From Thalia democratica (taxonomy: Eukaryota), in NCBI GenBank assembly GCA_965202585.1, contig OZ241830.1:76136001-76200000 (forward strand): a stretch of 64,000 bases of DNA. Direction: 5' to 3'. Within the stretch, counting starts at the first letter, position 1. Each line of letters opens with the position of its first letter. Of this stretch, positions 1 to 13,045 are shown piece by piece. Below the pieces are notes generated by a model. The model searched no databases. It had not been told where the DNA came from and was given only the letters and a program-made list of their open reading frames with translations. Made by a program: the position numbers and the translations under genes.

Positions 1-1385
1 AGAAAAATGAACAAGTTTTATATTTAAATAAATGCAATTGAATTACTCTTATAAACTCTTGTTTAAAAATTGTGAAATTTTCAATAAATATTACCAGATA
101 CGTTTACTTGCAACAACTAAATAAAAGCTGTCTATACTTAAGCAGTAACTTGCTTAATTAGAATTTATTATATTCAAAAATTCTACACTAGAATGTCACC
201 AACTTATAGTAACTTTAAAAAAATACAACTTGTTTAAACAAATAAACTCAGCACTAAAATAAACAACATAAATACTAAAGCATAAACAAAAATAATTTCA
301 CTTCATTTTTAACAACAAAAACAAAAAGCACTACAGCCTATTAAATTTTACGACTAAAATAATTCATTGCAAAACCAAAATTTTTAATAAACAAAAAAAA
401 AACAAATGAAAAATTAATTGAACTTAAATGACATCATGCTCAATTAACCTACTAATTGTTTCTTTATAACATTTTTCTTAAAATTTAAACAAATTAACTA
501 AGTATAATTCTAACTGTAAAACAAATGTTTCTTAAAAAGTGTTTCGATTTGTACATTTAAAATATATATTAGTTTTTATCTTTTAATTAAAAACTGTGTT
601 AAGATATCGACTTAGCTCATGACTTTTTTTAAATAGTTTGTTTAACATTCACCTATAACTTCTAAATTGTTTAAAATTACTACAACGAAAATAACTATCA
701 TAGGTATAAGTCGTAGTTATAAAGTTTTAAAGTAATTTGTATAATTAGTATACAACAAAACGAACTATAAAATATTAATAAAGAAATTTCAAAATAAATA
801 CAACAAAATCATCAAAAGAAAACTTAGATTTTTTTTTATTTGCTTTTCTATAATGTTTTCAAGTGGTACAAAAAATGCGGTTATCATTCTTTTAAATATT
901 AATTATTCATCAGTTATGAGATAGTTTTTAACATTCGCAGTTACTTCAAAAGCAGTCTAAAAAGTTATTTCAAAGCAAAATTTTTAAGTTTTGTAATATT
1001 TTTTGTACTGATCTTATATTTTTATTCATTTAAATGAGCTTTATAAAAATAGAGTTCTTATAACAGTGTGAAAAACTTTTATATAACATAAATTTTTAAA
1101 ACAAAAACCTGTACGAATATTTATACCTAAAATATTAGATAAATAAACAAATGTCTAAAATAAAGTTACTAAGAAAATGCATCGACTGTTTATTCAGAAA
1201 AAAAAACTTGTAAACAAACTTTATAGTTCAATTAAGTGTGTTCTAATAAAAGATTATTTGATATCACTTTTAATATCAAATAAATGTTACTTAATTAAGT
1301 AATAAAAAGATTTTATAAAATATCATAATTGAATTAAAGTTATAGTCGTCAATGTAGATTTTCATTAAAAACAAGTTGTAATCTC

Positions 1386-1687
1386 TAGGGGTAAGCAAAC
1401 TGCGCCCAGCAAAAATCGATGTACGTTTCAGCTAAAAACATATAATTCTAAAACTTCTTTTTAAATGTAGTAAAGTTTTAAAATAAGCTCACACTTAAAT
1501 AATTAGTAATTGACAGTGTTTATTTTTCTACATTCTATCACGTGTTGTGTTAAAAGCAGCGTTTTACAATTAGTTGCTGCAATTATTTTGAATTACTACG
1601 GCCAACATAACAGAACACTTTATACAAAGTAAAGTCAGGAAGACTTTTTCGAAAAATTCCTTATTGATAAAAGTTTGCCGAACCCTG
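1386..1687. mobile_element. Old hAT/Charlie-like MITE
   Basis: Left end taggggtaagcaaact versus reverse complement of the right end cagggttcggcaaact. A truncated homologue sits at ~12296-12545 in unit B. No clear TSD. Confidence 0.5.
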
Positions 1688-4647
1688 TTATAAAATCAGT
1701 AAAACTAACCTTAATTAAAATTGTTAAATAAAAATAAGCTGTTTAAACATAAACACTTTAAAGTTGCTTTAATTTTTAAGATTTTATTAAAGCTAAAGTT
1801 TACTAAAAAAGACTCTAAGTAATTTAAAATTAGTTATTAAACTAAGCATTATAATGAACAATATTAACTCTTAAGTACTAAGATTACATTAAAAAACTAA
1901 AATCAACTAAAAAAGTGATTTTATAAAGCTTATTGAATTTTAAAACATGTAGCCACTTATTAAACTTACAAAAAAAGTCTGAAATAATGCTTAGATATCT
2001 TATGACTGCAATATAAAGCCTAATCACGAGTTCTGTAATGTCAAATTTAACTGAATTAGAAAACTTAATCAGAAGGTTTTACTATATTTTCAGATGACAA
2101 CTAATTGACTGATAAAAACAACTGCGATCAAAAATAATTGAACTATAAAAGTTTGTCACAAGATTTTATATTTTTTATTTTATTTTTAGGTCACAATTAA
2201 TTGAACTATAAAATTTAATCACGAGTTTTTTTTGTCGTCTACAAAAAAGTTGTTATTTTATCAGCAATACTTAAGATGGAAAGGTATTACGAAATATGCT
2301 GACTTTAAGATTTTTTTCTTAAATAATTTTCCACATGTTTCTTTGTTCGGATTAGTCTATAATTTTACTTTAAAAAAGTTTTCTCGTTGTTACCTGAAAG
2401 TGTTATTGCTATCAGTAAATAAAAAATTAATGTTGATAAACTAAAATCCTTTTCATGTTACTTACAAGCATTGTTTTTAAGTGTAAATGTGTAAATATGT
2501 CTGTTGATATATTGAGCTGCACAACAAAGAAAAAATGTTTATTTTATACGTGGCTTTGGTTGACCTAACAAAACAAAAAACAATTAGTAAGTTAACTAAC
2601 ATCGGTTTTATTGTACCTTACATTATTAGTTTGTAATCTTTCTATTTAATTTAGTTTATAGGCTAATTAGATATGATTTCTTTTTATGAGGTTTTATGAG
2701 GCTATTGGAGATTTTTTTTTTTTTACTAGTCTATCGACTAAAACCATTCTCTTATTTCGATGTTAAGTGTTGTGATTTCTCATTTTTAAGTTATTTGCAA
2801 AATCAGAAAATATTTTTTATAAATAGACTAGTATGATAAATTAATCTCAAATGGCATCATGAAAAGTTTTGTGAATACTTATTTTTATCATTGAAAAAAT
2901 AAATAAATTTAAAAACATGATACAGCTAACATTTAGTTAAAAATGAAGTTTTACGAACATTATTTGATCGTGTTTTTTGTACATGAAATTAAATCTTAGT
3001 TTTTATTTGTTAGTAGCTTATTCTAACTACAAGTATCTTAACAAAAACTATTTAATTTTTTTTATTATTTATTCTTTTATAACTTGCTGTTTATTAAAAA
3101 GTTTTTTTAACAGTTTTATTAATTTTCTTCTTTTACACTTTAGAAATACTTAAACTTTTTATAAGCGAAATAAAGAACAACTTATTTTGTTATTTTGAAA
3201 ATGACAGAAGTTAGTATAGTTAAAAAAACTAAAACTTATAGAGCTAAACTAATTGTTGTTTTTTGAAAATATTTTACAAAACTTAAAAACACTATCTGTT
3301 ATTTGAAATTTATCGCTTGTTTTAAAAAATAAAAATCAAAGTTATTATTTATGAAATACATTGACGTAGAAAAGAGTAAGTTTTTAAGTTTAAATATGAT
3401 AATAATAATGTGGTAATTAAATATTTTATTTACTACCAAGTTTACATTTATATTTCAGTAAGTCGAACAATGTTTTTTATTTATTTTTCAATCATATACG
3501 TGTAAACTATAAACATAAATTTTGTTTTCAACTTTTTTGTTAAGTGTTCAGCTTTACAAATATTTGTTTAATACTTTACAACTGCATATTTAGAGTAAAC
3601 TTTTATATATGACGTTTATTTAGTACATACTATAATTTTTATTAAACTTTTATAACAGTAAAAAGTTTTAAGATTCTAAAAAAATAAAAAACAATTTTTA
3701 AATAGCTTAAAGAAGTGAAATATTTTGTTATGCAAAAGCAAGTTTAGAAAAGCTAGGATAGGTTTTATTAACGAAAAGATTTTTTTTAAATAACAATGAA
3801 CTATATGTCACCAGAAACTTTAATAATTTTTTTTCAGTTGAAGTTTTCAGTTAATGTTTGTTTTTAGTTAAACTTAAATAACTTTACATTAATAAAGGAT
3901 CAATTGGTAGGTTAATCAAGTTCGGGTTTACTTTTTATTTGAATAAAATTTCTATTACTTGTTAATTGTTTTATTGAGTTGATCTGCATTCATTGTACTT
4001 CAGTTTAAGAAGTATTTTAATTTAAAGTTACGTAATGTGTATTTTAAATATAAAAATTATTATACAGTATTTAATTTTTGCTACTAAATCGTCATACTTT
4101 TGATTTTTTTCATGCAAAATAAATTAACAAAGTTTTTGCAAAAGTCTGATTAAAACAGTTTGTATGTTACACCAAACGAGAAATCAATTAACCAATATAT
4201 CACTAACTTAACACATTTACATTCAAATTGTTACCAACGATAAAATTAAAGAAAACCGCAAGATTAAAATCGTTGTTGGCTAAACCCACTTTTTCTATTT
4301 AATTTTTTTAGTTGTTTTGTAGTTACATTAAGTTTATTACTTTTCTTAAACAAAACCTATAGAATTTACATCAAAAAATAAGTATTTTTCCTAATGTTTT
4401 TATACATTTCAAAATAAATTTATATCAAAATCGTTCTTTAGTTGTTCAGTATTTTAAAGGTTTAAACAAACTGCTTGTTAAGACTTCTTTTAATTCAAAC
4501 GTTATTATTGTTTATATACTAAATTCGTTCAGTAAAATTGACTAAAACTTTTAGCTGTAGTTTAAATATAAAATGTTAAACAAATTTGAAGAGACAGTTT
4601 TTTGACGAAATTCAGATCAATTACGAGAAAGTTAGAACGATAAACAA

Positions 4648-5412
4648 TTAGTTCGCTTCGGTGCTCGATCGCTCAATTTGCTTTTTTAAACTTTCTAGCA
4701 TAACTTCTGAATTTCTTTTTAAATCATCATCTAATTCTTGCAAGTGAGAAATACCATTATCATAAGCCTCTTTGGCGATGGATAGATCATCGGGCGAATC
4801 AAGATAGTAGTGTATTTCAGAAAGGTTCCGTGCAATTAAAAGTCTAGTTAAGTCAGCTGGGCTTTTATTTTCCTTCGCTAATTTAAACGCTTCTTCAAAA
4901 AGTTCTTTTGCTTTTTTGACATTATCATCAACATCTTCATCGTCATCATCTCTTTTATCATCTACTTCGTCATCTACTTCGTCATCAACTTTGTCATCTT
5001 CTTCGTCTTGTTCATCGTCTTTTAGAGCAAAAAATGCTTTTTCCAAATAGCAAAAAGCTTTGAAAGCCTTATAGTCAACAACGGCTTTGGGGTTATCATC
5101 TCTTTTTATCCAATAACTTTCAATTAGTTCTATAAATTCGTCACATATTTTGGCATGTTTCGACTTTATTTTATCTATTACTTCCAAACGCAGGTGATTT
5201 ACAACACTCACGCGTTTCAAAGAATCAAAACACTCTGAAAAATTATTTTTTATACGATTGTAATTTAAGTATAACAACCATCTTTCATTGTAATTTAAAG
5301 GAGTTGCCATTTTGATTACTTGCTTAATATAGTCAATTGAATCACTGTAGAGACCTATAACATGTGTCAAGTCTGCCAGAGATATTAGTTCTTTTCTATC
5401 AAAATATGACAT
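4648..5412 (-). CDS. Divergent 14-3-3-like protein, copy 1 (254 aa, acidic loop insertion)
   Basis: ORF 4648-5490; likely start is MSYFDRK at 5412, matching the paralogs. It aligns by eye to the 14-3-3 fold: DRKELISLA (zeta DKNELVQKA), PLNYNERWLL (ELSNEERNLL), FEEAFKLAKE (YQEAFEISKK), SIAKEAYD (SLAKTAFD). No coding introns. Confidence 0.88.
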   Translation of the reverse strand: MSYFDRKELISLADLTHVIGLYSDSIDYIKQVIKMATPLNYNERWLLYLNYNRIKNNFSECFDSLKRVSVVNHLRLEVIDKIKSKHAKICDEFIELIESYWIKRDDNPKAVVDYKAFKAFCYLEKAFFALKDDEQDEEDDKVDDEVDDEVDDKRDDDDEDVDDNVKKAKELFEEAFKLAKENKSPADLTRLLIARNLSEIHYYLDSPDDLSIAKEAYDNGISHLQELDDDLKRNSEVMLESLKKQIERSSTEAN

Positions 5413-5994
5413 TTTAACAAATCTGAAAAACACGTAAAACACGATTTTTTTGTTGTTCTTCAGAAATTTTTTTAACTTCTTAATAAACATATAAAAGTCA
5501 TGGCATGTTACATTTTAAAGATAATGAAGAACTAGCAAAAAATTCACAGGCTGTAAACAATTAAAAGTTTAATTGATTTTATGTTATCTTTATCTTTTTA
5601 ATAGTTTTCAAAACGTTAATGGATCGTTTTATTAGTCTGCACAAATAAAGTCAAAAAATTTAAAAAAAGAATATTAATTTTTTTTACAAACTTTTTGTTA
5701 AATAAGGTTGTAAAATGCTAAAGTAAACACTGTAGAAAGTATTCTTGAAATCCACTTTTTTAACAATATAAAACCTATTGCATTACTTACTGTTGAAGCT
5801 AGTCAAGTTATTTAAAATTATTTTGAAAACAAAAACAGAAGCTTTAGTTAAAAATTTTAATGTTGAAAGTAGTGAAACATAAATTCAAAGTTTTAGATTA
5901 AAATAAACTTTTTGACAGTTAGACTTCAAAAGTGTTTTAATATTTACACAAGTGGTAAAAACTCTAAAAAATAAACAAAACTTAAATTTAATGC

Positions 5995-6118
5995 CATGAC
6001 CTATAGGAGTTGAAATTTTAATAACTTGCTTCATATTTTCAATTGAGTCGTTGTAGAAATCTATACCATGTGATATTTTTGCAAGACACGTCACATATTT
6101 TCTGTCAAGTTCTGACAT
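5995..6118 (-). pseudogene. N-terminal remnant of a 14-3-3-like gene
   Basis: MSELDRKYVTCLAKISHGIDFYNDSIENMKQVIKISTP matches the first two helices of the intact copies. Similarity then stops abruptly. Confidence 0.75.
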
Positions 6119-7183
6119 TACAAATATTCTAAAATTAAGCATACTAATTACTTTTTGTTATTTGTAATATAGTTTATTACCTTTCTGATTAATTTTACGA
6201 AGTTTAAACACATTTAAATACCCTTATCTTGCATGATATAACAATATTATAAAACAGTTTTTAAACAACTTTTAATATAATTTCAAGATTTAAACAAGTC
6301 TATGTACATTAATTGTTTAAATAATTTAAAAGTATTAGTTAAATATATTGTAGTATGCATAAAACGTTTTTAATGGTTTACACGATAGTTTTAAAAGTTA
6401 TGGTTTGTTACATGTTGTTTTTTAAAAGTAAATTGTAACAGTAATTGTCAAAAGAACTGTTGTTAGTTATAATTTCAAATGGCCATGAAAACTTAATTAA
6501 TAAGAAATTATGTTAAAAAAAATAAAAACAAAACTATTATTTTTAAGATAACATTTAACAAAAAAATTTCAACTTTGAACTTCTATTTTTAAAGTATATC
6601 AAAAAATGAAAACCGATTTCGATTTTTACAACTCACATTTACTCAAAGTGGTTTGTTTTATTAATCAATTAGAACTAATTAGAATTTACAATTTTTTTCA
6701 AATTTTAATATGCTAAAAACCGGCACTTTTTACAAAATATTTAGAGAAAGCTTCTTTTTAGCAGATTTTGTTTTTGATAAAAGAAATTTCAAAAACAATC
6801 AAAATCTTACTAAGTTGAACACCGAACTCACTTTACCAGTTAGACATTTATTTTTCATTTTGTTATTTAAAATTAATTTAGTTTATCTGAAATAAAACAC
6901 TGTAACTTACAGTTAAAAAAACCTAGTTTTTTCAAAGTTTTTGTAGACTTTGTAGCATAATTTAAAGCTAATTTTTTTTAAATGTAAAATATTTTGAAGG
7001 TTTGCTGAAATTTTTTGTTAAGAGATTTTCAAAGTTAAAAATATTCTTAGTTATTTTTTATTAACCTCATGACTCAGCTAATTACAAACTTATAAAAAAT
7101 ACGGTTAAAATCATTTTCCAAAAAACTGGTATACGACAAAGTTATAATTAATTTTATAAAAGTTAAAAACAAAGTCTACTGGT

Positions 7184-7867
7184 TTAGTTTTGCTTAAAGC
7201 TCCATCTTTCAATATTCTTTCTTAACTTAAACAGATCAGAATTTCGTGAAATTTTAAAGTCGTCGTATATTTCATGTACTGCACTCTCATAAGCCCCCTT
7301 TGCAATGGAAATAGCTTCATCTGGTGAGTCGAGGATGTCACCGTATATTTCAGAAAAATACCTTGCAGTTGTGAGTCTGACATGATCATCTGGCTTCAAA
7401 AACTCTTCCACTATTTTCTGTGCTTCTTCAAATGCCTCTATTGCTTTTCTGACGTCTTCACTATCTCCTTTTATCCCACTAAAAACCAACTTGTTGTAAT
7501 GCTGATAGACTTTGAAATGATTGTAGTCAACAACAGATTCAGGGTTTTTGTCTCTTTTTACCCAATAACTGTCGAGTAATTCTAATGAATCATCGCATAT
7601 TTTGTTATGTTTCATATTAATTTTATCTACTAATTGTGAACGGAGGCTTTCTTTAACATTTTCTTTGTCCAATAGTTTCAAACGAATTTTGTCAAGATTT
7701 CTTCTCATACGAATATAACAGGTAAACAATAAATATCTTTCATCCTTGTTTAAAGGAGTTGACATTTTAATTACTAGCTTCCAATAGTCAATTGAATCGT
7801 TGAAGAGACCCAATTCCATACAAATTTTTGCCAGAGAAACTAGATCTTTTCTATCAAAATCTGACAT
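7184..7867 (-). CDS. Divergent 14-3-3-like protein, copy 2 (227 aa, no acidic insertion)
   Basis: ORF 7184-7888; likely start MSDFDRKDLVSLA at 7867. Motifs PLNKDERYLL, FEEAQKIVEEFLKPDDHVRL, ILDSPDEAISIAKGAYESA and LRKNIERWS correspond to 14-3-3 helices C, F, G, H and I. Confidence 0.88.
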   Translation of the reverse strand: MSDFDRKDLVSLAKICMELGLFNDSIDYWKLVIKMSTPLNKDERYLLFTCYIRMRRNLDKIRLKLLDKENVKESLRSQLVDKINMKHNKICDDSLELLDSYWVKRDKNPESVVDYNHFKVYQHYNKLVFSGIKGDSEDVRKAIEAFEEAQKIVEEFLKPDDHVRLTTARYFSEIYGDILDSPDEAISIAKGAYESAVHEIYDDFKISRNSDLFKLRKNIERWSFKQN

Positions 7868-10800
7868 TATAAAATTTCTGAAAAACATGTAAACTAGTTA
7901 TTTTTTTTGCTATTTGTTATACACTTAATCACCTTTCTTTTAATTTTTTTAAAATTAAACAATCTAACTTTATCATAAACATTATGAAGGCACTGTAAAA
8001 ATTCTAAAATATAAAACAAACAATAAACAACTTTGAAATTATCTTAAGGTTTAAATCATTTTGTGCAAACTTAATACCTTTAATAATTTAAAGTTTACTA
8101 TTTTTGTTATCGGGTTTGCATAAATAAATTGTCACAGTTTTAAAATATAGTCGTATAAATTTAAATTTTAGACAAGTTGTTTTACTACATTATGTTAGAA
8201 TAGTATATGTACGGAGTATTTTTGTAAGTTATAATTTTAAATAATAAAAATGTTCGTGCAAAATTTCTAAGTAATAAAAATAAAAATAAAAAATTGATTT
8301 TACTGAATTGAATTGCTAAACAGTTTTCAACGTTCTATTTTACAAACAATGTCTACAATTGATTTTCTAGACAACTAAAACTTTAGATAAAAACAATTAT
8401 GTTTTTTACTATTTACATTCTTCTTAAAAATTAAGACAGTGTTTCAATTCTTGTAATTTACTTTTTTAACAGAATAAAACCTATCGCATTATATATTTTG
8501 AAGCTTTAAAAGTAAATAAAATTATTTTGAGAACAAAAACAGACACTTAAGTTAAAAATTTACAATCTTGAAAGTAGAAAAACATAAATTGAAAGTTTTA
8601 TATGAAAATACACTTTTTAACAGTTCAAATTTAAGAATTATTTTCATATTTACACTACTGTAAATAACTCTAACTTACAAACAAGACTAAGATTTTATTT
8701 AAATAAAACTTATTACTTTATTTTTTAGATGAAACCAAGTTTAATTTAATGTAAAATTAAATGTAAAAATTCAAAGTTTGTATATTTAAAACACTAGTTT
8801 TCAAATATGTTATTTAGCTTGCAAAAGAAAATCTATTTTAACTTTAACACTAGCTGTTATATGTTTGTACTTAAGTTTTTTTTTAAGTTAAAAAATTAAG
8901 AAAATTAAAAAATATTGAAGCTCATTCAAAACATCATAAAAAATTGAATTTTAGTTTACCTGTTAAACTCATCTAAAACATGTTCATAGTTATATTAAAA
9001 TAACAGCTTATTAGAAAAACCTAAATTTAAAAAATGTAAGTGATAAACAACAATGAACTCAATCAAGATAAAACTGCTTTTTTTTTTTATTACATCAAAC
9101 AACACTAAAAAACAAAAAAAGTTAATGTTCTCGTTCTCTCTTTAAAAAAAAGTTGATTATCAATAACTGAATAAAGTTTTTTATATTTGCAGTGACTTAA
9201 AAATATATTTATACTAGTTTTAGATTTTGTAATATTAATTTTACTAGACACAGATAACATTCTTTCTAGAAAAAAAGTTTTGAAAGTAAAATAATATATA
9301 TACAAACAATTTTTACTGTGTCAACATCATTTTGAGTTTTATAAAACAACTTGTTTTTAGAGATTCTAGACAAGAGAAGTAAAATGTAAAAAATAACCTA
9401 CTGCTACTAACAATAAACGTCGGTTTGTTATACAACAAAACACTAATCAACAAACTTTATAGTTAAATTAAGTGTATTTTGGAAAGAAAAAGTACTTGAG
9501 AATAATTTTTATATTTGAATCAAATGTAGTATAATAAAAAACTAAAAATTATGATAAAGTTAAATGAATAAATTGAAATATTGTAAAAATAGTATGTAAT
9601 AAAACGTCTTTAATTCTTAACTAAATTATTTTACAAAAAATAAAAGTGTCTAATTAAAAGTATTAACTATTAGATGCTTTTACTGAAAGATGTTCTGAAA
9701 AAAACCTTAAGTAACTTCTAAAAACTTATTAAACTCCCTATTAAAATGGTAGCATTAACAATATATGAAGAGCTAAAACTAAATTGAAAATTAAAATCTT
9801 TTGAAGCTTACTGATTTTGAACGTATATTTTCAAAAAAACAAGCAAATTAAAAGAATAAGAAACAAGTTTAAGGTTGAAACGAAAGTTGATCGAACTCAA
9901 TCGACCCAATTATTGTTCCTTTATTACATGTTATTCTCAGAATGTTAAGGTTATTCAGTTCACAAGAAAACAAAAGAATATGTTTTTGAATAAAGGAAAC
10001 AGTCTACTTTAGTTTTACTTTAATTATAAAAGTGTGCTTTAAGGTTGTAACCTTATTAAATGTCTGTTAAAATTTTAGTGTTTTTTTAAATATAGCTAAA
10101 GTAAGTCCAAAAACAAAATATTTTAAGTACTACTTAGAACATTGCTAAAATAAATTTTTAAATAGGTTAATTCAAGTTTATTTTTAAATTTTTGTTTAAT
10201 AATGTTTCTTGCAGTTTTACTGTTATAGTGTTACAAATTAGATCTATAAACATTTTTTTTCAAGTCTATATTATTTTTTGAGATATACCATCTTAAACAT
10301 TAATTAAATAATTTGAGTTGTCGAAATTTCCATTACTCTTATTTGAATTGTCACGTTACTGAAACTTATACAAAACCAAATTAAATCACTTTATATACAA
10401 CTACATAATTTTTTTTTAACTTGTAAATATATCGTCTTTTAATGTATAAAGTATATATTTAGTAATTAAATTATAGTGTTTTACTAAATTTTGTTTTTAT
10501 GTAACTATTTTAAAGTTCTGCAAAACTTTAAAGAATTTTATTTTAGTTAACTGTTGCATGAATGCAAGTTTTCTTAATGTTATTCTAATCACTGTAGTTT
10601 GATATGATTATAAATAAATATTAAAAGACTCATTCACATCTATTAAAAAAAATAGTTTGATTTAAGACAAAAAATGTTTTTAACTATTATACTTAAGTGA
10701 CTTTAAAATATGGCTAAAAACTAAGCAAGGTTAATTTAAGATTAAAGAAAAAAAACATGTTGGAAAACTTTTAATTACAATTAACTGATTTTATCAAATG

Positions 10801-12894
10801 TAATTTAAAAGTTAGTAAAGGGTTTTAAGACTTTATATAGTTTATTAAAAATGCTTAACGTTCTACTAAGTGCGGAATAAAAGCTATTTAAACTTAAATA
10901 CAAGCTTACTGTTTTTATTCTATTTAAGTTTAAGTAAAAAAAAAAAAAGTTTATGTTGGTGAAACTCATTTAAAACAACTATTTTTTAAATAACTTTTTT
11001 AACAACTTATTTTGAAAATAAACACAGTTAAATGCATAAGATGATAACTTAGTATGAGATAAAGAGCTTAACTAAGTGTTTATTAAAGCTATCCTCTCAA
11101 ACTAGGTATAACAAATATTTTTTTTGTATCTTATCAAAACTAAGCTTATCAGTAGTCATGGGCAAATTGTCTCGTTCACAGTTACTTAAAAACATGTTTA
11201 GTATGCTGTTATTTCAAGTTTTGTAAGATGTTTTTATTAATAACTATTAGTATTACCTACCTTAAAAAATAGTAGAAAACACTAAATTAAAAAAGCATTA
11301 TACCAACAAAGATATTTTAATTGAAACAGCTGTTCTAAAGGTTAAGGTTAAATCTAATAGCTCAAACGGAGACAAATATATGTTAAAAGACTACTAACAA
11401 AATAACATCATAGAAGTACTTGTATTAAAATTTTGTATTTCATTTCAGTTAACCACGTATAACTCATCAGATGACTATGTAGTCAGATTAAGTTTAATGT
11501 AATTAATCTATAGAAATATTTAAAAGTTTTAAATTTGAGTAAAATGCAATTGAATTACTGTTACACACTTTTGTTTAAAAGTTGTGCAATTTTCAATAAA
11601 TATTTCTAGATATGTTTACTTGCAAATACTAAATAAAAGCTGTCTATACTTAAGTAGTAACTTGCTTAATTAGAATTTATCAAATTCAAAAATGCTACAC
11701 TAAAATGTCACCAAGTTATAGTAACTGTAAAAAACTACAACTTATTTAAACAAATAAACTCAGCATTGAAAAAAACAACATAAATACTAAAGCATCAACA
11801 AAAATCATTTCACTTCATTTTTAACAATATAGAACAAAAAACACTACAGACTATTAAATTTTACGACTAAAATAATTCATTGCAAAACAAAATAATTTAA
11901 TAAACTAAATAAAACAAATGAAAAATTAAATGAACTTAAATAACATCATGCTCAATTAACCTACTAATTGTTTCTTTATTACGTTTTTCTCAAACTTTAA
12001 ATAAATTCACTAATATAGTTCTAACTGTATAAAAATGTTTCTTTAAAAGTTTTATTTAAAACATATATTAATTTTTAGCTTTTAATTAAAAACGAGTGTT
12101 TTAAAACATCGCTTCGGTTGTTTATTTAAAACACAAAACTTGTAAACAAACTTTACAGTTCAATTAAGTTTATTCTATTAAAAAACTACTTCATACTGAA
12201 TTTTGATATCAATTTAAATGTTACTTAATTAAGTAATAAAAACGCGTATCAAAAGTTTTATTTTAATTTAAATTAATGACTTCAATGTAGATCTTCAGCT
12301 AAAAACATATAACTCTAAATAATTTGTTTTAATGTAGTAAAGTTTTACAACAAGCTCTCAATTTATTCATTATTAACTGACAGTGTTTGCGTTTCTACAT
12401 TTATCACGTGTTGTGTTCAAAGCAATATTTTACAATTAGTTGCTGCAATTATTTTAAATTACTGCGGCCAACATAAACTTTTTTAAAAGTAAAGCCCGGA
12501 TTTTTTTTGTAATTCGTTACTTATGAAAAGTGCCGAGCCATGTTGTAAACTGATAAAAACTAACCTCTATAGTAACATATTAGATAAAAGAAAGCTGTTT
12601 AAACTTAAGTGTAGTTTAATTTTCTAGTTTTTTCAAGCTAAAGTTTACTTAAATACTCTAAGTAACTTTATATTAAAAGTTCAAACATTATTAGCTTTTA
12701 TTTAAATGCATAACCGATATAAAACACTCTCTTCTATCACAGAAAAGCTTCTATCTCTCTTCTATCACATTAGTTACTAAACTCAGCATTCAAAAGGACG
12801 ATAAAAACACTTCAGTACTAAAATGAAGTAAACTCTTACTCAAGTATTAAAACTACATTAATTAAATTAAAAATAACTGATAAAAGTAATTGTG

Positions 12895-13045
12895 ACCAAA
12901 AATAATTGAACTATAAAAGTTTGTCAGGAGATTTTTAATTTATTTTTAGGTCACAATTAATTGAACTATAAAAGTTTGCCACGAGATTTTTATTTCATTT
13001 TTATGTCACAATTAATTGAACTATAAAATTTAATCACGAGTTTTT
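12895..13045 (+). repeat. ~58-bp tandem repeat (3 copies here, 2 copies at ~2130-2230)
   Basis: The unit aattgaactataaaa...gtcacaatt recurs, with different copy number in the two segmental duplicates. Confidence 0.7.

Larger units (their letters stand above)
1..5745 (+). repeat. Segmental duplication unit A (carries 14-3-3-like copy 1)
   Basis: Collinear similarity to ~11515-16355, e.g. aatgcaattgaattact...aaataaaagctgtctatactt at ~30 and ~11545, and aataaggttgtaaaat at ~5701 and ~16314. The unit may extend left of the window. Confidence 0.85.

Noticed and set aside
5413-5490. 26-aa N-terminal extension MFIKKLKKF... of 14-3-3-like copy 1
   Set aside because: It is absent from the paralogs and runs through the conserved acceptor site. 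The paralog-matched ATG is at 5412.
2130-13045. ~58-bp repeats at ~2130-2230 and ~12895-13045 as a CRISPR-like array
   Set aside because: These are simple head-to-tail repeats with no unique spacers and no cas genes, in a eukaryotic context.
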